Positions 7,854 through 18,603 are shown, numbered from the stretch's first letter. The stretch: DNA of 32,000 nt from Nostoc sp. PCC 7120 = FACHB-418 (GCF_000009705.1 NC_003272.1:3600001-3632000); one strand, 5' to 3'. The notes: a model not told the origin generated them from the letters alone. Made by a program: numbers and translations.

Positions 7854-8690
7854 ATGTTACGTGAATTTGCTAGCCGAGACGAATTAATAGCTTACCTGCG
7901 TGAACAATTTCCCCAAGCCGCAGAAAGAAGCGATTATGTTAGTGATACCAAAGGTGGAAGGCAAGCCGCTCAGAAAGCTCTGCAAAAAGTTAACCCTGCT
8001 ACCTATGCAAAAACACGTAACTTTTTAACAGGAGATGTAACCAGACTTTCACCCTACATCCGCTATGGAGTTTTGAGCCTGGGAGAAATACGAAATTATG
8101 TATTAGATAACGTCAAACACCCTGATGATGCTAAAAAACTTATTAATGAATTAGGTTGGCGGGATTATTGGCAGCGATTGTATATCAAGCTTGGCAATGG
8201 TATCTGGGAAGACCAGGAAGAATATAAGACAGGTTACACTCCCGCAGAATACGCATCTGATTTAGCCGCAGATATCAAAGAAGGGAAAACAGGATTAGTT
8301 TGTATCGACAGCTTCAGCCGCGAATTGCAGGAAACCGGCTACTTACACAACCACATGAGAATGTGGCTAGCTGCCTACATTGTCCATTGGCGACGTATTC
8401 GCTGGCAAGAGGGAGCAAAATGGTTCCTAGAACACCTCTTAGATGGTGATCCTGCTAGTAATAATATGTCCTGGCAATGGGTAGCCAGCACCTTTAGTCA
8501 AAAACCATATTTTTTCAACCGCGAGAACTTAGAACGCTATACCCAAAGCATTTATTGTCAAAAATGCCCTTTATATGGTCATTGCAATTTTGAAGGCAGT
8601 TACGAAGAATTAGAACAGCAACTTTTTCCCAAAGGAAAATTTACCAAACAACCCAACAGTCAAAGTTGGCAACGTGGTAAGAAAAAGTAG
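7854..8690 (+). CDS. Stand-alone FAD-binding (C-terminal helical) domain protein of the photolyase/cryptochrome family
   Basis: Motifs are TRLSPYIRYGVLS, GWRDYWQ, TGYLHNHMRMW and DGDPASNNMSWQWVAS. Cys150 plus CQKCPLYGHC (Cys235, Cys238 and Cys244; nt 8556-8585) are also present. Confidence 0.8.
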   Translation: MLREFASRDELIAYLREQFPQAAERSDYVSDTKGGRQAAQKALQKVNPATYAKTRNFLTGDVTRLSPYIRYGVLSLGEIRNYVLDNVKHPDDAKKLINELGWRDYWQRLYIKLGNGIWEDQEEYKTGYTPAEYASDLAADIKEGKTGLVCIDSFSRELQETGYLHNHMRMWLAAYIVHWRRIRWQEGAKWFLEHLLDGDPASNNMSWQWVASTFSQKPYFFNRENLERYTQSIYCQKCPLYGHCNFEGSYEELEQQLFPKGKFTKQPNSQSWQRGKKK

Positions 8691-8855
8691 TTATGTGATA
8701 ATTGGTCAAGTCGCTTCTCTACGAGACGCTACGCGAACGCTCCAATTCAAAATTCAAAATTCAAAACAACTGCTCCCTACCTTATTCCAACAATAATTAT
8801 TTACGCCGACTTACTTATTTCCCCTATTTCCTAATTTCTCCTCTCCATTTCTAAT

Positions 8856-9272
8856 ATGAATAAACCAATTGTTTGGATACATGGTGATTGTCTAAGTCCC
8901 CTCAACCCAGCCTTACAAGAATACCCAGATGCTCCGGCTATTTGGGTTTGGGACGATGCTTTAATAGAAGAATGGCAATTAAGCCTAAAACGCATCACTT
9001 TTATTTATGAATGCTTGCTAGAGTTACCTGTGGAAATTCGCCGTGGTAATGTGGCACAAGAAATTATAGGTTTTGCCAAAGAACATCATGCTGATTTAGT
9101 GGCGACAGCCAATAGTCCCAGCCCCAGGTTTGATAATATCTGTGATGAAATCGAGAGTTCTTTAAAATTAGAGGTTTGGGAAGTAGAACCGTTTTTTGAC
9201 TACGACGGTTACATTGAATTAAAGCGATTCTCTCGCTATTGGAAAGTAGCGCAAAAGTATGTATTTGAATAG
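8856..9272 (+). CDS. Stand-alone photolyase N-terminal alpha/beta domain-like protein
   Basis: 138 aa. IVWIHGDCLSPLNPAL...ITFIYECLLEL...RGN resembles the N-terminal domain pattern of photolyases (WFRRDLR..DNPAL...F..ESL..L). Confidence 0.55.
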   Translation: MNKPIVWIHGDCLSPLNPALQEYPDAPAIWVWDDALIEEWQLSLKRITFIYECLLELPVEIRRGNVAQEIIGFAKEHHADLVATANSPSPRFDNICDEIESSLKLEVWEVEPFFDYDGYIELKRFSRYWKVAQKYVFE

Positions 9273-9618
9273 TTAATTTTATTAATTTATTTTACACAGA
9301 GGTGCAAAGATACAGTGATTTTCATCAGCTAGCAAAAATCACCAATCAAATAATTATGTCCACAGTGTGCATAAATGAATCAGAGTGATATGTTAAGACA
9401 TACATCTATTCACAAAAATCAGAGCTTGTACAAAGCATCGACTAATTTGTAGTACTAAATACTGTGGCTTAAATAATTGAGTGTTTTGTCGCAGTACTGA
9501 AAAGTTTTGCTGGATGTAGGTTAGCAATTCCTTTACTTTTAGAGTATCCTTTGTCAGATTACCTTGGCACTTAGCCAGACTTAGGCGAAGAATCTACCTT
9601 TGTTTCCTCGGAGACACT

Positions 9619-10755
9619 ATGCAAATGAATAAAGTTCTAATTAATGACACTACACTACGCGATGGAGAGCAAGCGGCTGGTGTTGCTTTTAGCGTAGAGG
9701 AAAAAATAGCGATCGCCAAATTTCTCGATGCAATTGGTGTGCATGAAATCGAAGTGGGAATACCCGCAATGGGTAAAGCAGAACAAGAGGCGATCGCTAA
9801 TATTGTGAAGTTAGATTTGTCAGCAAATTTACTTGGTTGGAACCGCGCCGTGATTGCTGATATTCAGGCTTCCATCGCTTGTGGTTTACAGCGAGTACAT
9901 ATCTCTATTCCCGTTTCTGCAATCCAAATCGCCGTCAAATTTCACGGACAATGGCAAGTAGTTTTACAAAAACTCCACGATAGTATTAGCTTTGCTGTTG
10001 ACCAAGGTTTATTTGTCTCCATCGGTGGTGAAGACTCATCAAGAGCCGAAGAAAGCTTCCTCCTTGATGTAGTGCTAGCTGCTCAAGAATGGGGTGCGTC
10101 ACGATTTCGCTTTTGCGACACAGTAGGTATTCTTGACCCGTTCACTACCCACGCCAAGGTAAAACAATTGGTGGCATCTTTGACAATACCTGTAGAAATG
10201 CACACCCACAATGATTTTGGTTTGGCAACAGCCAACGCTCTGGCAGGTACCAAAGCAGGCGCTTTATCTGTAAATACTACTGTGAATGGATTAGGTGAAA
10301 GAGCCGGGAATGCTGCTTTAGAAGAGGTGGTTATGGCTCTCAAGCACTTGTATCACCATGACTTAGGAATTGATACACGGCGTTTACTGGAAATATCTCA
10401 ACTCGTAGCATCAGCATCAGGTCATCCTGTACCACCTTGGAAAGCAATTGTTGGTGAAAATACTTTTGCTCACGAATCCGGGATTCACGCTCATGGTGTA
10501 CTGCAAAATCCTCAAACCTACGAGCCATTTGCACCAGAAGAAGTAGGGAGAGAGCGCCGTTTAGTTGTGGGTAAACATTCTGGTAGACATTTACTCTCTA
10601 GTATTTTGCAGCAACACGACATTATTCTCAATCACGAAGAAACCCAATTTGTCTTAGATGCAGTTAGACAAGAATCAGTAGAAAAAAAACGCAGCCTCAC
10701 AGATCAAGAACTTTTGCATTTAGTGCAGACAAAACAACATTTTCGTGCTTGTTGA
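9619..10755 (+). CDS. nifV: Homocitrate synthase (NifV-like, HMGL/isopropylmalate synthase family)
   Basis: 378 aa. INDTTLRDGEQAAGVAFS, EVGIPAMG, HTHNDFGLATANALAG and ESGIHAHG are present. It is short and lacks the LeuA regulatory domain, as in NifV. Confidence 0.75.
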   Translation: MQMNKVLINDTTLRDGEQAAGVAFSVEEKIAIAKFLDAIGVHEIEVGIPAMGKAEQEAIANIVKLDLSANLLGWNRAVIADIQASIACGLQRVHISIPVSAIQIAVKFHGQWQVVLQKLHDSISFAVDQGLFVSIGGEDSSRAEESFLLDVVLAAQEWGASRFRFCDTVGILDPFTTHAKVKQLVASLTIPVEMHTHNDFGLATANALAGTKAGALSVNTTVNGLGERAGNAALEEVVMALKHLYHHDLGIDTRRLLEISQLVASASGHPVPPWKAIVGENTFAHESGIHAHGVLQNPQTYEPFAPEEVGRERRLVVGKHSGRHLLSSILQQHDIILNHEETQFVLDAVRQESVEKKRSLTDQELLHLVQTKQHFRAC

Positions 10756-10946
10756 ATGAGTTTATTAGGATTCTCCAGGACTTACGCAACTGGTATATTA
10801 GTAGGATGCGTCAGGTATCAAGAATCTGTTTATTGACAGCATTCGAGCCGTCTGACGCACCTTAAACAATACATATAGCTGTCGTCAGTGGTGTTAGGAC
10901 ATCAATAGATGATACAACCTAGACACAACAAGACTTTTAACCCACT

Positions 10947-10973
10947 CCCCAGTCCCTAGTCCCCAGTCCCCAG
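10947..10973. repeat. STRR1-type heptamer array
   Basis: The array reads CCCCAGT CCCTAGT CCCCAGT CCCCAG. Confidence 0.8.
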
Positions 10974-11011
10974 CTATATCATGTGACATAATTTCAGGTG
11001 TATTGTGTAGT

Positions 11012-12673
11012 TCACCCTTGTTGATCTAAAATATACACTGTCGCTGTATCTGTTTCTAAAAAAACCTTGGCTGGTCTAGTAATTTTGGTATTATCAGCAA
11101 TTTTAAATATTGGCCATAGATTCTGCAAATCTGATTGTGTAAATTTTACATAGTATGGTTTTTCATAACTCGTGTCATTAATATAACCACTCTCAAGCAG
11201 CAATAATCTTTTAGGATGGATGACATAATTGCCAGCTTCACAAACGTTAACAAGTTTAATTCCCTGACGCGTAATATTACTATCAATATAATTATATTGA
11301 TTATGAATTTTTCTCCTCTTCCTAATTCTGGGGTCGCAGAGGACTGCATCTGAAGGTAATTTACTAATTATTTCAGTCATATCTGCTGTGTTCATTACCC
11401 GATTGCTACCATATTTACTTAATAGAAACTGAGATTCATAAAATAAATTACTAAAGCAGGAAATGGTAATAATGATGCCACTAAATATATAAAGAATCCG
11501 TTTCTTGCTTTGGGAAAATTTGTTGTATGCCAGGGATGTAATTGTTAAAACAATGGGTGCAAATACAATGAGTAACTTATAATGAAAATAAGTTATTTCT
11601 GAATCAAGGTTAGAAGCAGCATATAGATAAATGCCCCATGTAGCACACAAACTACCCCAAATATATTGATTTCCCTTAAATTTAATTATCCCCAAATATG
11701 TAACTAAAGAGATAAAGATAAGAGTTATGAGGAAGTAAATCCAAGATGGATGCCAAAGATATGCTTCTTGAAATAGCTTGTAATAGTTCAGAAATAAATT
11801 GCTTAGTCTTTTACCCAGGCTCATCAACAAAGAATTATCTGATGCTGACTTAGCCTTAAATATAGTTTTAAGAATATACTTTGTATTTTTAAACCCCCGT
11901 CCAAATTCACCTATCCAATACGGCAATAATACAATTGCGCTCGCCAAAATACTGATGATAGGTAAAGTTATTAATGAGTAGCTTTTTCTTTTAACTGCTT
12001 TATATATAAAAATAGCGCAATTAATAATAAATACCACGGGCATGACAAATAGCGTGGAGGAGTGCAAACTCATTAATATAGCTAAAACTACTCCATATAC
12101 TGCCCAACATATTGCTTGTATAGGGAGAGAAAATTTACCCTCCATTTGAAAATAGTACAGCAATGTAAAGGCTATTAAAAAGAAAGGAACCGAACTTGGA
12201 TTCCATTGAAAGTTACTAATAAATATTTCCCCGTAAAGCACACTGTACCAAAATCCAGCTAAACCACTTAGCATAATTCTGGTTTGTGGTTCAACATTTT
12301 CTAATAATTGGTAAACTAAATAAATTAATAGAGGGATAGATAAAAAAGAGAATAAGGCGTTTGGGAAAGCTTGAAAAACCGGAGATGCTCCTAAAAGGGT
12401 GAAAGGAAAGAAAAGATAATAATAGAGGGGTAAAATATGGTGTCCGCCTACAGCAGCTTGGGGGCCAAGTGTAGGCAACTCTCCTTTCCACATATTAATA
12501 ACAGTAAAGGCATCTTTAATTTGATCAGGCGCTGGGCCAATATCGAATGAAACATATTGAAAAACAGCGATGATTCTGGTGATAAAACCGACGGCGATCG
12601 CTAAAAATATCAGACTGTATCCTATAAGCGTGATCTTACTAAGATTCTTTAACTCTGAGCTAAGTTTAAACAT
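11012..12673 (-). CDS. Polytopic membrane protein, probably a GT-C type (ArnT/PMT-like) glycosyltransferase
   Basis: About 553 aa with more than 10 hydrophobic segments followed by a soluble C-terminal domain. The gene is AT-rich. I prefer the start at MFKLSSELK (12673). The family assignment rests on architecture only. Confidence 0.45.
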   Translation of the reverse strand: MFKLSSELKNLSKITLIGYSLIFLAIAVGFITRIIAVFQYVSFDIGPAPDQIKDAFTVINMWKGELPTLGPQAAVGGHHILPLYYYLFFPFTLLGASPVFQAFPNALFSFLSIPLLIYLVYQLLENVEPQTRIMLSGLAGFWYSVLYGEIFISNFQWNPSSVPFFLIAFTLLYYFQMEGKFSLPIQAICWAVYGVVLAILMSLHSSTLFVMPVVFIINCAIFIYKAVKRKSYSLITLPIISILASAIVLLPYWIGEFGRGFKNTKYILKTIFKAKSASDNSLLMSLGKRLSNLFLNYYKLFQEAYLWHPSWIYFLITLIFISLVTYLGIIKFKGNQYIWGSLCATWGIYLYAASNLDSEITYFHYKLLIVFAPIVLTITSLAYNKFSQSKKRILYIFSGIIITISCFSNLFYESQFLLSKYGSNRVMNTADMTEIISKLPSDAVLCDPRIRKRRKIHNQYNYIDSNITRQGIKLVNVCEAGNYVIHPKRLLLLESGYINDTSYEKPYYVKFTQSDLQNLWPIFKIADNTKITRPAKVFLETDTATVYILDQQG

Positions 12674-12856
12674 AATAATTATATTTTGATAATGATGATG
12701 TGAAACTGAATACTTAGTGTTTAAGCATTGATTTCTAGTATCATACATCACGAGTTTATAAATTTTTGTTTTTTTATTGCTATGTATCCATGAAGATACT
12801 TAGAAAGTCAAGCATTTTATTATAGTGACAAAAAACACATCAACTTTTTTGGGTAG

Positions 12857-12886
12857 GACGAGAAGCGTAGTTTTGCGTTTCTCGTC
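12857..12886 (-). terminator. Strong hairpin downstream of sdhA, either a possible terminator or an RNA-stabilising stem
   Basis: An 11-bp stem (GACGAGAAGCG / CGTTTCTCGTC) with an 8-nt loop lies 19 nt after the sdhA stop. No U-tract follows on the minus strand. Confidence 0.3.
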
Positions 12887-12904
12887 TCAATTTACTGAGT
12901 TGAT

Positions 12905-14632
12905 CTAATACTTCCGCTCCTGTGGTTCAAACATGGTAATGGTGACTGGGCGATATTGAATGTCAATCCCGGCGGGTGAATAGTAAGCCATTGTGTGTTG
13001 CAGGAACTTGGTATCATCTCGCTGTGGGTAATCTTCGCGGAAATGTGCGCCACGACTTTCTTGACGATTTAAAGCAGAGGCTAAAATCGTCTGTCCGACT
13101 ATCATTAAACTCCGCAACTCTAAAGCTTCTACTAGTTCAGTATTCCAACAACTGCCTTTATCGTCTAAGTATATTTGACTGTATTTTTGTTGTATTTCTG
13201 TAATTTTTTGCCAACCTTGGCTCATTAACTCTTGAGTACGGAAAACGCCACAGTAATCTGTCATCGCATCTTGGAAAGCTTGGCGGACTTGGTTGATTCG
13301 GTACTCTCCCGGCTGTTCCAGTAGGGCTTGGATTTCTTGCTGGGCTTGTTTGATGTAACGTTGTTCATCTATGGCAGGTAATTTACGTTTCTGCACATAT
13401 TGAGCGATCGCCGCCCCAGTTCGTTTACCATAGACTACACATTCTAATAGCGAATTACTACCGAGACGATTTGCCCCGTGGACGGATACACAAGATGTCT
13501 CACCAGCCGCAAAAAACCCTTCAACTAAGCCATCGCCACTACTGCGGACTCTACCATCAGTGTTTACAGGGATACCACCCATACAATAGTGAATTGTCGG
13601 ACGGACTGGCATGGGTTGAGTGACTGCATCCACACCGACTAAGCGGTGGGCTTCTTCCCAACAGAAGGGAACGCGACTCATGATTTTTTCTTTGCCCATG
13701 TGGCGCAAATCCAGATAGACAAAGGGGCCGCCTGGGCTACCATCCAAATTTACACCACGTCCAGCCCGAATTTCATAAGCGATCGCCCGTGAGGTAATAT
13801 CGCGGGGTGCTAGTTCCATGCGACTGGGTGCATAGGTCGCCATGAAGCGATCGCCTTCACTATTAATTAAATACGCCCCTTCCCCCCGTACAGCCTCGGA
13901 AATCAAGACACCCACCGGATACAAACCCGTGGGATGGAATTGGACAAACTCCATATCTTCCAGAGGTAAACCGGCGATCGCTGTCATTGCCAAGCCATCT
14001 CCAGTAGACGCATAATCATTGGAGGTGGTGTTATAAACGCGACCATAACCCCCTGTGGCAAACATCACCGCCTTAGCCCGGACAACCTCAATATGTCCGT
14101 CTAATAGGCTGTACATGACTAAACCCTTCGCCTCATTTTCTTCCAAAATCAGGCGCATCACGTACCACTCTTGGTAAATATGCACACCGTAACGCCGCAA
14201 ATTATTTACCAACTCGTGTAGAATGGCGTGACCAGTCTTATCAGCTGCGTAACAGGTGCGGTTGTGGGAGTGTCCACCAAAAGCCCGTTGAGCAATCCGA
14301 CCATCAGGGAGACGTGAGAATAAAACCCCCATGTGTTCCAGGTCTATCACCACATCTGGGGCTTCCTGAGTCAGAATTGCCACTGCATCTTGGTCTGCTA
14401 AATAATCAGAACCTTTGACAGTATCAAAAGCGTGAGCTTCCCAAGTATCAGTAGAATCTACATTTTTCAGTGATGCAGCCATACCACCTTGAGCTGCAAC
14501 AGAGTGGGAACGAATGGGGTGAGTTTTGGCAACCACCGCCACATTTAAACTAGGGTCAGTACGGGCAATTTCCACAGCCGCCCGACATCCCGCCAGCCCA
14601 CCCCCGACAATAATCACATCATGCTCTAGCAT
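12905..14632 (-). CDS. sdhA: Succinate dehydrogenase/fumarate reductase flavoprotein subunit
   Basis: Motifs are [15 protein letters not shown], the [13 protein letters not shown]-attachment region, HPTG and RLGSNSL. I prefer the start at MLEHDV (14632). Confidence 0.9.
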   Translation of the reverse strand: MLEHDVIIVGGGLAGCRAAVEIARTDPSLNVAVVAKTHPIRSHSVAAQGGMAASLKNVDSTDTWEAHAFDTVKGSDYLADQDAVAILTQEAPDVVIDLEHMGVLFSRLPDGRIAQRAFGGHSHNRTCYAADKTGHAILHELVNNLRRYGVHIYQEWYVMRLILEENEAKGLVMYSLLDGHIEVVRAKAVMFATGGYGRVYNTTSNDYASTGDGLAMTAIAGLPLEDMEFVQFHPTGLYPVGVLISEAVRGEGAYLINSEGDRFMATYAPSRMELAPRDITSRAIAYEIRAGRGVNLDGSPGGPFVYLDLRHMGKEKIMSRVPFCWEEAHRLVGVDAVTQPMPVRPTIHYCMGGIPVNTDGRVRSSGDGLVEGFFAAGETSCVSVHGANRLGSNSLLECVVYGKRTGAAIAQYVQKRKLPAIDEQRYIKQAQQEIQALLEQPGEYRINQVRQAFQDAMTDYCGVFRTQELMSQGWQKITEIQQKYSQIYLDDKGSCWNTELVEALELRSLMIVGQTILASALNRQESRGAHFREDYPQRDDTKFLQHTMAYYSPAGIDIQYRPVTITMFEPQERKY

Positions 14633-14770
14633 ATTAGCCACCGACTGCAAAACACTGCTGTTCTATTGTAGAGAGGTGATTCACTCAGCAGTTTTGCATT
14701 TTTACAAAAAAATTCCCTGCCAGTAGACAGGGAACTTACAAAATTCAAAATTCAACATTAATTAATAATA

Positions 14771-15088
14771 TCAACTTGTGGCTTGTACAGGTTGTTGTTG
14801 GGAAACATTACCAGGGATCGGTTCAGTCTTTGTTCCTGGTTCTACAGCCATAACTTCAATATGATTTAACAATGTCGTTACAAATGCGAACAACAAGAAA
14901 GGTAAGGATAAAAGCACAACCAGACCTACCGTTACTAAAGCATACACTGGTCGTCTAGCACCCATTAGCGCTAAAGCTGATGCCAAACTGACAGTAATAG
15001 TAATTAACCAAACAATTATTTGACCGTAGATATCACCAAAGGTCAAAGTACAGATAAAACGATATTTTTGATTATTATTTTTGCTCAT
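14771..15088 (-). CDS. Hypothetical small membrane protein (2 TM)
   Basis: 105 aa with two long hydrophobic segments. I recognise no motif. Confidence 0.45.
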   Translation of the reverse strand: MSKNNNQKYRFICTLTFGDIYGQIIVWLITITVSLASALALMGARRPVYALVTVGLVVLLSLPFLLFAFVTTLLNHIEVMAVEPGTKTEPIPGNVSQQQPVQATS

Positions 15089-15379
15089 TTATTTTTGCCT
15101 CAAGTCTCTCCTATAGGTTCTACGTTAAAACCATGTTCGACAGGCAGACAATTTCTCAATATTTTTCCAAGGTTCGTAATATCACTTCATATGATCTAAG
15201 TGATGACTGTCGAGGGTTGACACTTCGATAAGCTCAGTGCGGCGCTGATGACTAATGACTACTCACCAATGACTTATTACAAAAGATTACAAGATTTATC
15301 ATATATTGGGTTTGCACCCGTCTTTATGGGTGTCTATTTTTATGTGCAGCGAATGGAATTCGCCTGAATAACTAAACCC

Positions 15380-16027
15380 ATGAGTCAAATAGTCTGGATC
15401 GCAAGACACGCCAACCGCCTTGACTTTGTTAACCCCGATTGGTTTCTCACCGCAGAACGACGCTATGATCCACCCTTGTCTGATGATGGGATGGTACAAG
15501 CTCAACAGCTCGCTCAACGTTTGCGAGGGGAAAAAATCGCTCATATTTTTGCTTCTCCCTTTCTGCGAACAGTACAAACAGCTAACGCCGTAGCAGAGAT
15601 CTTGGATTTGCCCATAAATCTAGAAACGGGTTTGAGTGAATGGCTCAATCCTGCTTGGATGACTGAAGAACCAGAAAAACTATCAACTCCAGCCTTAGCA
15701 GAATTATTTCCCCGAATTGATCTTGGTTACACAGCACGCATTGCCGCCAACTATCCTGAAACCCACGAAGAAGTCAGGGCGCGTTCGGGACAAACAGCCC
15801 GATGTTTAGTAACTGAATGTTTTCCAGATAATATTTTGTTGGTAGCACATGGCGCTTCTGTGCTGGGGGCGGCTATGGGGCTAGTAGGAGAAATTGCCAA
15901 AACTGAAGTTAAAGCTTCCTTATGTTCCCTAGTCAAAGTTGTGCGTTATGGCCCGGATTGGTTGCTAGAACTAAAAGGAGACACTTCTCATTTGGCTCAG
16001 GTAGAAGAAGTTATCCGATTTGCTTAA
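15380..16027 (+). CDS. Histidine phosphatase (phosphoglycerate mutase-like) family protein
   Basis: IARHANR is an RHG-type motif at the N-terminus, followed by SPFLRTVQTA and LLVAHGASV. Confidence 0.8.
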   Translation: MSQIVWIARHANRLDFVNPDWFLTAERRYDPPLSDDGMVQAQQLAQRLRGEKIAHIFASPFLRTVQTANAVAEILDLPINLETGLSEWLNPAWMTEEPEKLSTPALAELFPRIDLGYTARIAANYPETHEEVRARSGQTARCLVTECFPDNILLVAHGASVLGAAMGLVGEIAKTEVKASLCSLVKVVRYGPDWLLELKGDTSHLAQVEEVIRFA

Positions 16028-16206
16028 ACTGTTCACTGTTGACCGTTGACCCTTACAGGTTCGATAGTTGCTTTCCGACGCAAGGCGACACGCCACTCCC
16101 TCCAGTCGGGAAACCCGCCCACGGGGGCGGCTCAGGAACGCACTATGTCACTGTTGACTATGGACTAATGATTCATGACCACTAACTAAATTTACTGATA
16201 AATGTT

Positions 16207-17235
16207 ATGACCTTATTGTTAGCAGGAGATATCGGCGGGACGAAAACGATTTTGCGATTGGTAGAAATATCAAATTCGTCGGAACTGCACAATATTTATG
16301 AGGAAAGTTACCAGAGTGGGGATTTTCCAGATTTAGTGCCGATGGTGCAGCAATTCTTAGTCAAGGCTAATATACCTAGTCACCCCGAAAAGGCTTGCTT
16401 TGCGATCGCTGGCCCTGTGGTGAATAATACTGCCAAACTGACCAATTTAGTCTGGTTTTTGGACACTGAACGGCTAGCACAAGAATTAAGTATTCCCTTC
16501 ATTTCCTTAATTAATGATTTTGCTGCTGTTGGCTATGGGATTTTTGGGTTAAATAAACAAGACTTGCTGACCTTACAAGCTGGTAAACATCAACCAGAAG
16601 CACCTATTGCTATTATTGGTGCTGGCACTGGATTAGGACAAGGATTTTTAATTAAACAGGGAAACCAGTATCAAGTTTTCCCCTCGGAAGGTGGACACGC
16701 CGACTTTGCCCCCCGCAACGAGTTAGAGTTTCAGTTGTTGAAATATCTGCTGGATAAACATGATATCCAGCGCGTTTCTGTGGAAAGGGTGGTTTCTGGA
16801 CAGGGGATTGTCGCCATTTATCAATTTTTACGCGATCGCAAACTCGCTACAGAATCGCCAGAAATTGCTCAAGTTGTCCGCACTTGGGAACAACAAGCAG
16901 GACAGGCTGAAAAAACCGTTGATCCTGGTGCGGCTATTGGTAAAGCCGCAGTCCAAGGAAGCGATCGCCTTTCGGAACAAGCCCTACAATTATTTATCGA
17001 TGCTTACGGTGCAGAAGCGGGAAATCTTGCCCTCAAACTCCTACCATACGGCGGCTTGTACATTGCGGGTGGGATTGCGCCTAAAATCCTACCTTTGATT
17101 GAAAATAGCAATTTTTTGCTTAATTTCAGCCAAAAAGGCAGAATGCGTCCTCTGCTAGCAGAAATACCGGTGCATATTATTCTCAATCAACAAGTGGGAC
17201 TCATAGGTGCTGCTTTGTGTGCTGCTAGGTTATAA
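16207..17235 (+). CDS. glk: Glucokinase
   Basis: It has the LLAGDIGGTKT ATP-binding motif, the length and pattern of ROK-less bacterial Glk, and GGLYIAGGI. Confidence 0.9.
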   Translation: MTLLLAGDIGGTKTILRLVEISNSSELHNIYEESYQSGDFPDLVPMVQQFLVKANIPSHPEKACFAIAGPVVNNTAKLTNLVWFLDTERLAQELSIPFISLINDFAAVGYGIFGLNKQDLLTLQAGKHQPEAPIAIIGAGTGLGQGFLIKQGNQYQVFPSEGGHADFAPRNELEFQLLKYLLDKHDIQRVSVERVVSGQGIVAIYQFLRDRKLATESPEIAQVVRTWEQQAGQAEKTVDPGAAIGKAAVQGSDRLSEQALQLFIDAYGAEAGNLALKLLPYGGLYIAGGIAPKILPLIENSNFLLNFSQKGRMRPLLAEIPVHIILNQQVGLIGAALCAARL

Positions 17236-17280
17236 CAGCTAGCATCATCAGTGATATCAGCATCTGCGAATGCTAAAACC

Positions 17281-17898
17281 ATGACACCAAAATTTGTCTT
17301 ACCATTAATCGCTGCTACCATAGTTTGTAGTGGTTCCATGATTGTAGAAGCACGCCAGCCGAAACCTGCTTCTGTGTCTGCCAAAACAGCAGTGTCTCAA
17401 AAGAAACCTGCTCAACCAGTCCCATCAGAATGGAAGTTATTTACTGCCCCAGATGGACGCTTTTCTGTATTGATGCCAGGAATACCTAAACAGGATTCTC
17501 AAACCCAAAAAACTTACATGGGGGAAATTAACCTAGAGGTATTTTTAGCCCAACCAGCAAAACAGGAAGTAGCCTATTTAGTGGTGTATAACGAATTTCC
17601 CCATAGTTATGGGAAAATAACCAACCCCCAAGAAATATTGAATAACGTTCGGGATATGGCGCTCAAGACTACTCAAAGTAATTTGTTGAATCAGCGCAAT
17701 ATTCGCAGTTCTAATGGTCATCCAGGTAAGGAAATTGCATACATTAATTCCGGTGGCAAAATTACCAGAAGTAGAATTTACTTAGCTGAAGGACGCTTGT
17801 ATCAAGTAATGGCTATAACTACTAAAAAACAGCAGAAGAATTTAGCTAAAACCATTACGGGATATCTCAATTCTTTTCACCTAGTTCTGAAAAAGTAA
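17281..17898 (+). CDS. Hypothetical exported protein
   Basis: The signal-like segment MTPKFVLPLIAATIVCSG is present. The track start at 17251 is also possible. I recognise no domain. Confidence 0.5.
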   Translation: MTPKFVLPLIAATIVCSGSMIVEARQPKPASVSAKTAVSQKKPAQPVPSEWKLFTAPDGRFSVLMPGIPKQDSQTQKTYMGEINLEVFLAQPAKQEVAYLVVYNEFPHSYGKITNPQEILNNVRDMALKTTQSNLLNQRNIRSSNGHPGKEIAYINSGGKITRSRIYLAEGRLYQVMAITTKKQQKNLAKTITGYLNSFHLVLKK

Positions 17899-17980
17899 AA
17901 AAATATCGGGGTGTGAGGATATAATTCTTACACCCTTAAACACTCGTAAAATATAGAATTTGGCTGCATAAGTCCTAATA
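17899..17980. repeat. Internally shortened copy of the hairpin (MITE-like) family
   Basis: It starts right after the stop codon. The hairpin GGGGTGTGAGGATATAATTCTTACACCC ends in CTGCATAAGTCCTAATA, matching the right terminus of the 18604-18723 element. Confidence 0.45.
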
Positions 17981-18029
17981 GAATAATCAAAGTATTTGTT
18001 TTACATAATTCAACTGGCCAAAAACTTCT

Positions 18030-18602
18030 ATGAATCCTCAGGAAAGTGATACGAAACAAGCCTCTACACCATCGAAAGCATGGCGAGGTTGGCAAGAAAA
18101 TTTAACGCTCATAGCGATCGCTTTATGTTTAGCCCTATTAATTCGGACATTCATAGCCGAACCCCGCTACATACCTTCAGAATCAATGGTTCCTACTTTA
18201 TATGAAGGCGATCGCTTAGTAGTGGAAAAAGTCTCTTACAATTTTCAACAACCAACAACTGGGGATATAGTCGTTTTTCAGCCACCCGCAGAACTACAAC
18301 GCCGGGGATACCCCAAAGACCAAGCCTTTATCAAACGAGTAATTGGTACACCAGGAGAAATCATCAGCGTTAACAATGGCAAAGTCTACTTAAACGGGAA
18401 AGCATTACCAGAAGACTACATTGCAGAACCACCCAATCAACCATTTCCACCAGTCAAAGTCCCAGAGAACCAATTCTTCGTCATGGGAGACAACCGCAAC
18501 AATAGCAATGACTCCCGCTACTGGGGCTTTTTACCCAAGGAGAATATCATTGGTAGGGCAGTATTTCGCTTTTGGCCTCTGGATCGTTTAGGAATAATTT
18601 AA
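18030..18602 (+). CDS. lepB: Signal peptidase I
   Basis: Motifs are SESMVPTL (catalytic Ser box), KRVIG (Lys box) and GDNRNNSNDSRYWG. Confidence 0.9.
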   Translation: MNPQESDTKQASTPSKAWRGWQENLTLIAIALCLALLIRTFIAEPRYIPSESMVPTLYEGDRLVVEKVSYNFQQPTTGDIVVFQPPAELQRRGYPKDQAFIKRVIGTPGEIISVNNGKVYLNGKALPEDYIAEPPNQPFPPVKVPENQFFVMGDNRNNSNDSRYWGFLPKENIIGRAVFRFWPLDRLGII

Positions 18603-18603
18603 A

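Noticed and set aside
9448-9462. A TGTA-N8-TAC NtcA-like site about 160 nt upstream of nifV
   Set aside because: GTA-N8-TAC is expected several times by chance in 32 kb. I could not find a properly spaced TAN3T -10 box about 22 nt downstream.
16050-16075. A GGTTCGA T-loop-like motif that suggested a tRNA
   Set aside because: I could not fold a cloverleaf. No acceptor stem or anticodon arm flanks it.
15299-16185. Track ORFs 15299..15577 (-), 15751..15936 (-) and 15922..16185 (+)
   Set aside because: The first two are antisense to, or overlap, the well-supported histidine phosphatase gene. The third runs through a repeat-rich spacer (TTGACCG-type repeats and a GC hairpin) and has a Gly/Pro-rich low-complexity translation.
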